DNA of 55,217 bases. It comes from Thermodesulfobacteriota bacterium. GTDB lineage: Bacteria; Desulfobacterota; Dissulfuribacteria; Dissulfuribacterales; QOAL01. The stretch is from assembly GCA_013154175.1 (NCBI GenBank), contig JAADCZ010000064.1, forward strand, positions 1 through 55,217. Direction: 5' to 3'. Every line of letters begins with the position of its first letter. Positions within the stretch are counted from its first letter, which is position 1. The notes beneath the pieces were generated by a model. That model searched no databases, was not told the origin of the DNA, and saw only the letters and a program-made list of their open reading frames with translations. This document shows positions 38,331-47,619 of the stretch, in pieces. Position numbers and translations under genes: made by a program.

Positions 38331-39782
38331 TCACAAGACAAGCCCCATGTTTCTGTATTCTGCCAATTTGTTTCTGAGGGTCCGAACACTTATGCCAAGC
38401 AACTTGGCAGCGTGGGTCCGGTTCCCCTTGGTTTTCGCAAGGGCCCGCTTTATCATCTCCTTTTCCACCTCGCCCAGGTTAAAGGTGTCACCACCAAGGG
38501 AGCCACCACTGTCAGAGGAAAAATCTGCCCCGTTATCAAGCTCGTCTCCCAGCAAATCTTGCAGGGTGATCTCATCTCCCTGGGCTAGCAGCACCCCGCG
38601 TTCCACTATGTTCTTGAGCTCTCGCACGTTTCCTTCCCATTTTCGCTGTTCCAGGGCCTCTAATACCCCTTCTGCAAATTTGAGCCCATTTTTTCCATAC
38701 TCCCTCACAAAGTGTTCCCTGAAATGCTCTGCGAGAAAGGGGATGTCCTCCCGCCTCTCCCTGAGGGGCGGAACCTTTAGGGGAATGACATTCAGCCTGA
38801 AGTAGAGGTCCTCCCTGAACTTGCCCTCTTTGACGGCACTTTTTACGTCCCTGTTGGTGGTTGCAATGACCCGTACATCCACGGGTATCGGGCTGTAGCC
38901 CCCGAGCCTGTCTATTTCCCCTTCCTGCAAGACCCTCAGCAGCTTTGCCTGAAGGGGCATTGCCATCTCCGTCACCTCATCGAGGAGTATGGTTCCCTTG
39001 TTTGCGAGCTCGAACTTGCCAAGTTTTCTTGAAATGGCCCCTGAGAAGGCGCCCTTTTCATGTCCAAATAGCTCGCTTTCAAGGAGTGTCTCTGGAAGGG
39101 CAGCACAGTTTAGTGCAACAAAGGGTGCATGGGCCCTGTCGCTTTCTGAATGAATGAACCTTGCCAGAAGCTCCTTGCCAGTTCCGCTTTCGCCCTGAAT
39201 CAGGACTGTGGCCTTGCTCTTTGCCACACTCCGTGCCTGGGCAAGCACCTTTTCCATGGCAGGGCTACGGGTTAATATCTTGTACTTGTCAAAATTCTGA
39301 CGACTCTTTGCATCATCCCCCTCGCCTCTCTGCACCGCCTGAACCCCAGCAGACTTCTTTGCCGCAGCGGCCTTCTTCTGGGGGGCAAGGGAAGTAGTCA
39401 TCGCCCTCTTGACCACAAACTCCATGACGTCCGGGGTCCAGGGAGGAAGCCTGAAGTCCATGGCGCCAAGCTCCATGATGAGCTGTGCATCCTCAACTGT
39501 TGCCTCGGATGCAAGCACGATCACCCTTGCCGTAAGGTTCGCCTCATTCAAGGCCTGTAAAAACTCGACTGCGTCAACCTTGCCGGGCTCGTGAAACACG
39601 ATGCACAGAGAAAAGTCTCCCTTGGCCAGGAGGCTCAGGGCCAGCTGGATGTCTGGTGCCATGGTGAGGGTAAAACCCATGTTGGAGAGCAGACCCTGTA
39701 GCTCCATCCTGTCCTTTACACTTCCCCCAAGGACGAGGACCTTTTCTTCTTTTCTGTTGTAGATATCCTGAAACTCAGTCAT
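38331..39782 (-). CDS. sigma54 enhancer-binding flagellar regulator with degenerate receiver
   Basis: GESGTGKE, GAFSGA, LLDE, GNVREL, Fis HTH; directly upstream of flgB. Confidence 0.9.
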   Translation of the reverse strand: MTEFQDIYNRKEEKVLVLGGSVKDRMELQGLLSNMGFTLTMAPDIQLALSLLAKGDFSLCIVFHEPGKVDAVEFLQALNEANLTARVIVLASEATVEDAQLIMELGAMDFRLPPWTPDVMEFVVKRAMTTSLAPQKKAAAAKKSAGVQAVQRGEGDDAKSRQNFDKYKILTRSPAMEKVLAQARSVAKSKATVLIQGESGTGKELLARFIHSESDRAHAPFVALNCAALPETLLESELFGHEKGAFSGAISRKLGKFELANKGTILLDEVTEMAMPLQAKLLRVLQEGEIDRLGGYSPIPVDVRVIATTNRDVKSAVKEGKFREDLYFRLNVIPLKVPPLRERREDIPFLAEHFREHFVREYGKNGLKFAEGVLEALEQRKWEGNVRELKNIVERGVLLAQGDEITLQDLLGDELDNGADFSSDSGGSLGGDTFNLGEVEKEMIKRALAKTKGNRTHAAKLLGISVRTLRNKLAEYRNMGLVL

Positions 39783-41968
39783 AGCGAGCTGCCAGCCTTT
39801 TTCATGAATTTATAAAAGGATGCCTCTGCCTTTGAGGCCTTTCCCCACACTCCTTCTCCTTCCTTGGCTGCCTTTGCCCAAATTTCCGCAGCCTGGGCCG
39901 GGCCCTTGAGGGCAGAAAGGGCAAGATTTAGCCTGAAACCGTCTGCAGGCTCATTGGTATCCATTTCCTTCAAGGCCAGATAGGCCCTCTTGGCCTGGGA
40001 AGCCATGCCCAGATTCATTGCCTCATCCCCCCATTTTCTAAGGAGCCGTGCCCTTTCATCCTTGGAAAGGAGCCTGCCGCTCTTTTGATAAACCTTCCAG
40101 GCCACATCCCACTCACCAAGATAAATGGCCCCATTTATTGCCTGTCTGACCCCCAGGGGCGAAGGCTTTATCCCGATGCTATCGAGGGCCATGCTAAGGG
40201 CTGCCCTGTAGTCCCTTTGCCACGTTGCAAGAATGGACTTGTAGAGAAGGGCCTTTGCGGAAATCGACTGCTCCGGACAGTTTAGATTCAAAAGGGTGAT
40301 GGCATCCTGGGTCGCGATCTGCTTGTTTGCCTCGATCATCTCGTCTATCCAGTCCATCAGGAGACGACATCTAAGGGGGATTGCTGGCTCCAGATTCCAG
40401 GCGGCCTGATAGGCCCTGAGACTTGCCTCTGCCAGGTCGAGCCCCCCATAGGCCTGGGCCAAATAGTAGTAGTGATAGGGTTCTGAAAGTTTTTCTATGT
40501 TCCCCTGATTCTTTAGATGAAAGTTTACCAGCTGGACCTGCTGCCCCTTCTTCAAGAAGGTTTTGTCTGCCATGATCAGGGCCTTTTTTGCCAAACGAAA
40601 TGCAGTAACCGTCTGGACTGTCTCTTCCTTGAAGAATCTCTTGAAGTCCCAATACTCCTTAAGGGCCTCAAGGGGTCTTGAGGCATCGATGAGCCTCTTT
40701 TCCAGCTCCACCCACTTGGCCTCTGCCACAGATCTGATGTAGTCGTATATCTGGGACTTCTTTTCAGTCTGAAGAAATGGCCTTGCAAAGGCGACTATGC
40801 GCTGAAGTTCCGGGATGTCATACTCAGTGGTCAAAAGGCCCTGTCTGGCCTGGTCTGCCATGAGGAGGATGTCCCTGGCGTATGGGCTGTCTGGGTCCTC
40901 CCTGAGATACTTCTCTGCTAGTTCCAGGGCCTTGACATAGTCCTTTTTCCTCAACTCGGTGGCAACAAACTCCTTTTTCACCTCGAGGGTCAAGGGATGT
41001 TTTGGAAAGCGCTTTAGAATCTCGTTAAAAACCTGTTCCGATTCAAAATAGTCGGGGTTGGATATCTGGCCCTTCGTGTAGCGGGAAAGACGCTTTCTCG
41101 TCTCCTCCTTAATTTGAAGAATCCTGAATTTGGCAAACAGGTATTCGGGCTGACCCTTGAAATCGCGCCTTATGAGGGCGTAATATTTCCTGGCCTTCAG
41201 AAAGTCACCCAGACGCCTGTATGTCTCAGCTATCTGGAACAGTGTTGAGGCCCGTACAGACGGATTGCGAATGAGATTCAAGTATCTGACCCAAAGCTTT
41301 ATGGCCTCCTTGGGCTTGTTGTCATGCAGTGCAAGCCTTGCCTTGAGATCCAGGAGCTCTGGGACCTCCACCTCGGCCATTGGAGAGGAGCGGGAGACGG
41401 CCTTCGCCACGCGTCGTGCCAGCTTGACGTCTCCCCTCAAGAGGGCTTCCCTGGCAATCAGGACCTGTGCAGTCTTGGCAGCGATACTGTCAGGAAACCG
41501 ACGCATTATCTCCCGATAGAAACTGCGAAGCTTTTCCCGATTGTTGGATCTTTCATAGAACATGACCAGGGAGTTGAGGGCCTGGTTCGTCCAGCGGCTA
41601 TTGGGAAAGTATCTGGTGACAATCTTCCAGTGCGCCTCTGCCTCTGGCCAGTAGGACACTGAGGCATAGGCCTCGCCCAGGATGTAATATGCCTCTGGCA
41701 GCATTTCCGAGTCTGGAAAGGCCTTTATAAAATTTTTGAGCATGGAGATAAGGGGCCAGACATCCTCCTTGAGTTTTTCCGGACTGGTTTGATATTCCTT
41801 CCAGAAGACCTCGATGGCAGGCATCATGGCCCTCCAGGCAAGCCTGTCCTTGCCCCCTCTTACTCCTCCCAAAGCAGGAGACACGGACAGGGCCACAAGG
41901 AGGGCAACTGCCACCAATGCCGTGACAGTAACAGCGATTTTATCTGAGCCTTTGCGGAAAGTTCCCAT
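39779..41968 (-). CDS. Exported tetratricopeptide-repeat protein
   Basis: Signal/TM segment; repeated FP.S/A.Y..GE TPR-like motifs; start uncertain. Confidence 0.8.
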   Translation of the reverse strand: MGTFRKGSDKIAVTVTALVAVALLVALSVSPALGGVRGGKDRLAWRAMMPAIEVFWKEYQTSPEKLKEDVWPLISMLKNFIKAFPDSEMLPEAYYILGEAYASVSYWPEAEAHWKIVTRYFPNSRWTNQALNSLVMFYERSNNREKLRSFYREIMRRFPDSIAAKTAQVLIAREALLRGDVKLARRVAKAVSRSSPMAEVEVPELLDLKARLALHDNKPKEAIKLWVRYLNLIRNPSVRASTLFQIAETYRRLGDFLKARKYYALIRRDFKGQPEYLFAKFRILQIKEETRKRLSRYTKGQISNPDYFESEQVFNEILKRFPKHPLTLEVKKEFVATELRKKDYVKALELAEKYLREDPDSPYARDILLMADQARQGLLTTEYDIPELQRIVAFARPFLQTEKKSQIYDYIRSVAEAKWVELEKRLIDASRPLEALKEYWDFKRFFKEETVQTVTAFRLAKKALIMADKTFLKKGQQVQLVNFHLKNQGNIEKLSEPYHYYYLAQAYGGLDLAEASLRAYQAAWNLEPAIPLRCRLLMDWIDEMIEANKQIATQDAITLLNLNCPEQSISAKALLYKSILATWQRDYRAALSMALDSIGIKPSPLGVRQAINGAIYLGEWDVAWKVYQKSGRLLSKDERARLLRKWGDEAMNLGMASQAKRAYLALKEMDTNEPADGFRLNLALSALKGPAQAAEIWAKAAKEGEGVWGKASKAEASFYKFMKKAGSSL

Positions 41969-41983
41969 AGCACAAAAAGGCAA

Positions 41984-41999
41984 AGCAAGGCCGATGCCA
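41984..41999 (-). promoter_or_regulatory. sigma54 (-24/-12) promoter of the flagellar operon
   Basis: TGGCATCGGCCTTGCT (GG-N10-GC) in the intergenic gap. Confidence 0.75.
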
Positions 42000-42019
42000 C
42001 CTGAGGCCCAGGTAAAGAC

Positions 42020-42052
42020 AAAAAGAAAGGGATGGAATCTAATCCACCCCTT
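42020..42052 (-). terminator. Intrinsic terminator after GH57 gene
   Basis: AAGGGGTGGA/TCCATCCCTT stem then TCTTTTT. Confidence 0.7.
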
Positions 42053-42087
42053 GTGATGATTAACTCAAAGGAATTTCTAGGTAAAAC

Positions 42088-45000
42088 TTACCTTGGAATG
42101 AAGACTTCCGGGTCTAGAACAGGGAAGATGGGATTCGTCCTTTCAAGGTTTTCGAGCCTGCAGATATTAGACGGACTGTTCCTGTCGTGGTCCCAATAAA
42201 TTGAGGCCAGTATCCAGAAACGCTCCAGATCCTCAAAGAAATACTCCTTCATTCTGTCAACAAAATGACCATTTGAGATGACAAAGGGGATGTCACTGTT
42301 CATGCTCTGGAGGACCTCTCTGCCAGCCTGGGCCACTATCCTGCGGGCAATTTCATCTCCCACAGCCTCCTTCTTCCAGTGGCTCGCCATTGCAACAAGT
42401 TCCCTTATGGCCTCATGACTGTGTCTGTACATCCATGAAACCGATCCGTACATCCATTTGTCAAAGGTGCCCTTGTCACCCCAGGATGACGGATTCAAAA
42501 ACACCTCCTGATTCCTGGGGTAACGTTGTAGATAGGCACTTGGAGTGATGAGTTCTGTCTCGTTCTGGTTGTAATAGAGTTTCTTCAAAAGAAAGTATAG
42601 GAAGTCTGTTCCCTCAAACCAGTGGTGGCCAAAGAGCTCTGCATCGTACATTGCAACCACCAGTGGCTTCTTCCAGAACCAATCCTTGATGTACCTGAAC
42701 CTGAAATTGCGGGCCTCCATGAAGTGCTGGGCGTGACGGGCAGCCTTTTCCAGGGCCCACTGGCGCACATAGGGCTCCTTGTAGTCGTTGGTCCTGGTGG
42801 TGATCCGGTTGTACCTAAGGGGCCCGCCCTTGAAGTGGAAATCGAGATAGTCTGGATCCCCTGGGTAGCCTTCCTCGCCACTCCAGACCTGTTTGCCAGT
42901 CTCGGGGTCTCTTGCAAAGGCCGCAACATCACTACCCTTCAAGTAAACAGGGGCGTGGGTGCCAAAGACCACAGGGCAATCTGCCAGGGTGACGGCGTGG
43001 GTCTCTGTGAAAAAGTATCTGAGACCGGCATCCTGAACGAACCTTTCTAGCCCTGGCACATAGGCACATTCTGGCAGCCATATCCCCCTGGGCGCTGTGC
43101 CAAAGGTGTCTTCATAGTCTTTTACTGCGGTTTCGATTTGACCCCGCACCGACTCTGGATAGGGGGTGAAAAATGGCAAAAAGGCATGGGTGGCACCACA
43201 GGTGGATATTTCAAGGTAGCCCATGTCCTGGAACTTCTTAAATGCCTTGGTGAGGTCTCCGTCATATTTCAGGAAGCAATCACGGATCTCAAGAAACCTA
43301 TTTAGATGCATCCAGGCCGTATCGTGATACTGCATGGCCTGCCGCCTCGTCCTGTCCACCTCGGCCCTGGCAAGGTTTATATGGGCATCGATGTATTTTA
43401 GAAATTCCTCCTGAAGGAAAGGACACCTCATCATGTTTGACAAGGTGGGGGATATATCCATTGAAAGACGAAAATCAACGCCCTCTGCCACAAGTTTCTC
43501 AAAAATGGTTATAAGGGGAATGTAGGTATCTTTGACGGCCTCGTGAAACCATTCTGGTGGATAACCCATCGGCTGCCAAAATCCTGACTCCCCATAAGAA
43601 ACCCGTTTCCGTATGTAGGGAAGATGGGCATGGAGATGAATGAGGAGAAGGCCAATGGAGTTTTCCGAAGTTCCCATCACAGACTCGAGTTTCCGGGCAG
43701 TCGGATGAGACCCTGGAAAATCCACTTCCCTGAATTCAACAGGATTGTTGCCAGGAAACACCCTGGCTGTCTGGATGGAGTTGGACACGTCCGTGATGGC
43801 CATGACCTCGTCCCCACTTACGGCCACAAGCTGCACCCTGTAAACCTTGTCTGGCTCGAGGTTCATATACCAGTTGTCTGTAAGGCCAAGGTGAACCTCC
43901 ACATCGAGGTGCATCTGGTGATGGAGGCTTCCTCCCCACTCGTGGTACACCTTTATAAAGGTCTTGACCTGACTCCCTGTTTCCTTGGCAAAGGAAGAAA
44001 GCCTTTCTTCCAGGCGCCCCTTGTCAATGTGCCAATAGGTAAAGCCTCGCCTCTCATCAATGGGCAGTAGAACGATGTGATCTGGCTTTTTGGGCACGGC
44101 ACAAAAGGTGGAGCTTAAAATCTCCTGATTAATCTCCTCTGTCTTTGAGCGTAGAAATATCTTTGCCTGATAGGCAGCACCATCTTCCACAGAGTGAAAC
44201 AGCCAGTCAGTGGCACCAGGCAGGAGCACACCCCCCTGCCCTTCCACCTTTTTTGTACCTGTGGCTGAATAGGTGTGGAGTTCTATCTCGAGGTCGACAT
44301 CCTCCCACTCAAGGCCCCTTGGTCTTAGGAGCTCTTGTTCCATGAGGGCCCAGTCTTCATTGGTGACCTTCCACCACGCCCTTAGCTGGACGGTGTCTTC
44401 CTCCCACACCTCTCTTTTTAGCTCGAAAAAGGTGGTATCTGCCGGTACACAAATATTTCCACAAAACAGCTCACCCACTACATCTGGATCTTGAAAATCG
44501 AGGGTGAAGATTATTTTCAGCACAGTTGGGTTTTCGAGGTTGGCATGAAGAACACCCTTTTCGTCCCTGACCTCCTTTTTGACCACTGCAAGATTGATCT
44601 TATTCAGCCTGCCCATTATTACGGCATAATCGCCGGTTCCCACCCAGATCCATTCCTCTCTGGGAAGTCCCTCTGTGTCGAAGGGCTTTCTTATGCAGTG
44701 GACAAAGAGATCGACTTCCTCGTCCCAATTTATCCTAAAGGCCCTTTCAACCTCATTTCTCACCCTCTCCCAATCGATATCGCACCAGGTGAGGTGGTGA
44801 CGCCTATCGTTTTCCGAAACGAGACTCACCTTGGGTGTGTAATGAAAGTCTGTGGCCATGTAGAGCTTGAAGTGCTCCTTGAGGGTAAGCCGCAGCTGAA
44901 ACTCACCACTTTCATCTAAGTAAAACTCTGTTGAATGAAGGTGGGTGCACTTTTTTTCAAAAAAGGGCTGATCCTCGCCTATGCGATATACCTGGACCCA

Positions 45001-45147
45001 AAGGTCCTCCATGGCAGTATTGACGGTTTTGGTAATCTCCTCGTCCCAGGAGACATGGACGAGGTTACCTGTAACCTTCACACAGACGTGATCAAAGTGA
45101 TAATTGCTGCAGCGAACAGACGCTTCCAAAGGAAATGGTGATGACAT
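42088..45147 (-). CDS. GH57 (branching enzyme-like, DUF1957) with about 495-aa DUF4912-like N-terminal region
   Basis: HAHLPY, ATHAFLP, GIWLPECAY, YDAELFGH motifs; GAGGA before ATG 45147. Confidence 0.87.
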   Translation of the reverse strand: MSSPFPLEASVRCSNYHFDHVCVKVTGNLVHVSWDEEITKTVNTAMEDLWVQVYRIGEDQPFFEKKCTHLHSTEFYLDESGEFQLRLTLKEHFKLYMATDFHYTPKVSLVSENDRRHHLTWCDIDWERVRNEVERAFRINWDEEVDLFVHCIRKPFDTEGLPREEWIWVGTGDYAVIMGRLNKINLAVVKKEVRDEKGVLHANLENPTVLKIIFTLDFQDPDVVGELFCGNICVPADTTFFELKREVWEEDTVQLRAWWKVTNEDWALMEQELLRPRGLEWEDVDLEIELHTYSATGTKKVEGQGGVLLPGATDWLFHSVEDGAAYQAKIFLRSKTEEINQEILSSTFCAVPKKPDHIVLLPIDERRGFTYWHIDKGRLEERLSSFAKETGSQVKTFIKVYHEWGGSLHHQMHLDVEVHLGLTDNWYMNLEPDKVYRVQLVAVSGDEVMAITDVSNSIQTARVFPGNNPVEFREVDFPGSHPTARKLESVMGTSENSIGLLLIHLHAHLPYIRKRVSYGESGFWQPMGYPPEWFHEAVKDTYIPLITIFEKLVAEGVDFRLSMDISPTLSNMMRCPFLQEEFLKYIDAHINLARAEVDRTRRQAMQYHDTAWMHLNRFLEIRDCFLKYDGDLTKAFKKFQDMGYLEISTCGATHAFLPFFTPYPESVRGQIETAVKDYEDTFGTAPRGIWLPECAYVPGLERFVQDAGLRYFFTETHAVTLADCPVVFGTHAPVYLKGSDVAAFARDPETGKQVWSGEEGYPGDPDYLDFHFKGGPLRYNRITTRTNDYKEPYVRQWALEKAARHAQHFMEARNFRFRYIKDWFWKKPLVVAMYDAELFGHHWFEGTDFLYFLLKKLYYNQNETELITPSAYLQRYPRNQEVFLNPSSWGDKGTFDKWMYGSVSWMYRHSHEAIRELVAMASHWKKEAVGDEIARRIVAQAGREVLQSMNSDIPFVISNGHFVDRMKEYFFEDLERFWILASIYWDHDRNSPSNICRLENLERTNPIFPVLDPEVFIPR

Positions 45148-45295
45148 ATGTAAATTCCTCAAAATGAAAAAATTAACTTGGTAAGATATAAGCTAATATG
45201 CTTGCCAATCCCGTTAAGGTCAATACAAATCTACAACTCTTTTGAACATTTTAGTGTCATGCTTTGGGTATCTTTGTCAGCATCGATACTGATTG

Positions 45296-46036
45296 CTAAC
45301 TAATGGTGCCACAAGGTTCCACTAAATTTTCAAAGATGGAAAATGGGTAATAGTTTGGCAAAGGACAACACAGTTCCATTTTTGTCTTGAGTGTTGGATG
45401 CATGAGGCCGACCCTCCAGGCATGCAAGGCTACCCCCCTGCCGTTCAAGACCCTCTCCCTAGAGCCATATTTAACATCCCCAATTATAGGCACTGCCAGG
45501 CTCTGTGCAAGGTGGATGCGAATCTGATGGGGGCGGCCCGTAAGTGGCTCGATGTGCAAAAGACACTTCCCCTCCCCTTCTGAGAGAACCTTCCAGCGGG
45601 TAACAGCCCTTTTCCCTCCATCAGTCTCTGAAGAGACGATGTTTACCAGATTTCTCTTTCTGTCCTTTTTCAGATAGTTGTCTATTGTGCCAGACTGTTC
45701 TTTTGGCCTAGAAGGTACCACGGCCAGATACTCCTTGGAAATCTTTCGTCTTCGCATCTGGTCCGAAAGGCGTGATGCCGCCTTTGACGTTCGGGCAAAA
45801 CAGACAAGCCCCGAAACGGGCCTGTCTATCCGGTGCACCACGGCCAGGAAGACATTGCCTTTCTTGTGTTTTGTGCGCCGAATATATTCCTTGCCAATAT
45901 CCAGGAGAGACTCATCACCAGAGGAATCTGGCACAACTGGCACCCCCGCAGGCTTGTTCAGCACCAAGAGGTGATTGTCCTCGTAAATAATGTCCACATT
46001 TGGGGCTTGTATCTGCTCTTTATTTATGGGGCCCAT
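45296..46036 (-). CDS. RluA family pseudouridine synthase
   Basis: YED, NKPAG, HRIDRPVSG, TGRPHQIR, GD.KYG, LHA. Confidence 0.93.
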   Translation of the reverse strand: MGPINKEQIQAPNVDIIYEDNHLLVLNKPAGVPVVPDSSGDESLLDIGKEYIRRTKHKKGNVFLAVVHRIDRPVSGLVCFARTSKAASRLSDQMRRRKISKEYLAVVPSRPKEQSGTIDNYLKKDRKRNLVNIVSSETDGGKRAVTRWKVLSEGEGKCLLHIEPLTGRPHQIRIHLAQSLAVPIIGDVKYGSRERVLNGRGVALHAWRVGLMHPTLKTKMELCCPLPNYYPFSIFENLVEPCGTIS

Positions 46037-46140
46037 AATTTGTTTTTTTTCTTTGTGATGTTAATCTAAACCTATGGGACAAAGTCTTCGTAGGCCTTTG
46101 ATAAATTAATATTTTTACCTCTTGGAGAAAACCTATTCAC

Positions 46141-47619
46141 ATGTTTGATACCATTCAAAACCAATTCAAGAGCCGGGTTGGAAACAGCTACTACCTCAAG
46201 TCACTGAGGGTAAAGCTGATTCTCAGTTTTGCCATAGTATTTCTCATGACGGCCTTCTCCTCTATTGCCTCCATTTTTGCCATCTCTCGGGTCGAGCACA
46301 AGATGGAGCTAATGGAGCTAATGGAGGTTATCACCCAGGATACCCTGTTGGTACGACAAAGGGAGAAAAATTTCCTGCTCTATGGAAATCTCCAGGAACT
46401 TGCAGAGGCCAAAAACCTGCTGGCAGAAATAAGAAAACGCATCTCAGCCCTTGATCAGGACTATTTGGAGGGTTTCAGCGAGATCACGAAGCAGATGGAT
46501 GATTATGAGCGAATAATCAACAAGTTCCTTACAGGCCAGGTAAACAGCCGCCAGGACAACGCCCTCAAGGCAGAGCTCAGGGAAGAGGGCCATAAACTCA
46601 TGACAGCCATCATCAATCATGCCAATACCCTCAACAACAGGCTTGAGACCGATGTCCTGAAATATAAAGAGATGTCCTTCCTGCTCTTGTGGGTGGCCAT
46701 TCCTGTGGGCTTGCTTCTGTGTATTTTCCTGGCAGAATGGATCCTCCAACCAATAGACTATTTGAGAAGGCAAGTAATAAACGTCATGAGTGGAAAGCTG
46801 AAACACATACCAGTGGAACCGGTGGCAAACAAGTGCATCGAGTGCGATGGCCTGGTTCGTTCCATTAACAAGATGTTGGACACCATCGAATCGAAACAGC
46901 AGCAGCTTATTCAGTCGGAAAAATTGGCAGCCATAGGTAAGGTCACGGCAGGCATAGCCCATGAAATAAACAATCCCCTTAACAACATAAGCCTTACGGC
47001 CGAAGTCCTCCTGGAGGATATGGAGAACATGACCTGTGATGAGCGAAGGGAATTTATAAATGACATCCTCGTCCAGGCAGAGAGGGCAAGGGATATCGTG
47101 CACCACCTTCTGCAGTTTTCGAGGATGAAAAAATCCACCTTCAGAGAGAAGGTCGACCTTGCCCAGCTGGTGTGCAACACCCTAAGCCTGTTGAAGAATG
47201 AAATAAAAATCACCCGCACCAAGGTGAAGACCAACGTGGAGACTGGAAAGGCCATAGTTTATGGCAATCCAAACCAGTTGCAACAGGTGCTTGTTAATAT
47301 TATCCTAAATGCAGTCCAGGCTATGGGAGAAGGCGGAAGCCTGGACATCGATCTGAAGATCGACGCGGAGAAGAAGAAAGCGCTCCTCACCATCACTGAT
47401 TATGGACCGGGCATTCCGGATGAGGTATTGAAACACATACTGGAACCCTTCTACACTACAAAGAAGGACGGAACCGGTCTTGGCCTTTCTGTCAGTTATG
47501 GAATCATGAAGGAGCACAAAGGAAACTTACGGATTACCAGTGCCAAGGGTCAAAAGACCGAAGTCACCATTGAGTTGCCGCTTCTAGAGTCAAACAAGGG
47601 AGAGGAAGAGGGGAATTGA
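46141..47619 (+). CDS. Membrane sensor histidine kinase (2 TM, HAMP, HisKA, HATPase)
   Basis: AHEINNPL, NAVQAM, D.GPG, GTGLGL. Confidence 0.93.
   Translation: MFDTIQNQFKSRVGNSYYLKSLRVKLILSFAIVFLMTAFSSIASIFAISRVEHKMELMELMEVITQDTLLVRQREKNFLLYGNLQELAEAKNLLAEIRKRISALDQDYLEGFSEITKQMDDYERIINKFLTGQVNSRQDNALKAELREEGHKLMTAIINHANTLNNRLETDVLKYKEMSFLLLWVAIPVGLLLCIFLAEWILQPIDYLRRQVINVMSGKLKHIPVEPVANKCIECDGLVRSINKMLDTIESKQQQLIQSEKLAAIGKVTAGIAHEINNPLNNISLTAEVLLEDMENMTCDERREFINDILVQAERARDIVHHLLQFSRMKKSTFREKVDLAQLVCNTLSLLKNEIKITRTKVKTNVETGKAIVYGNPNQLQQVLVNIILNAVQAMGEGGSLDIDLKIDAEKKKALLTITDYGPGIPDEVLKHILEPFYTTKKDGTGLGLSVSYGIMKEHKGNLRITSAKGQKTEVTIELPLLESNKGEEEGN
46303..46329 (+). repeat. 9-bp tandem repeat x3 (ATGGAGCTA, third copy imperfect) encoding MELMELMEV
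   Basis: atggagcta atggagcta atggaggtt read directly. Confidence 0.7.

Noticed and set aside
38381-38398. sigma54-like TTGGCATAAGTGTTCG upstream of flgB
   Set aside because: The -12 is CG rather than GC, and the sequence is explained by HTH codons (LGISVR)
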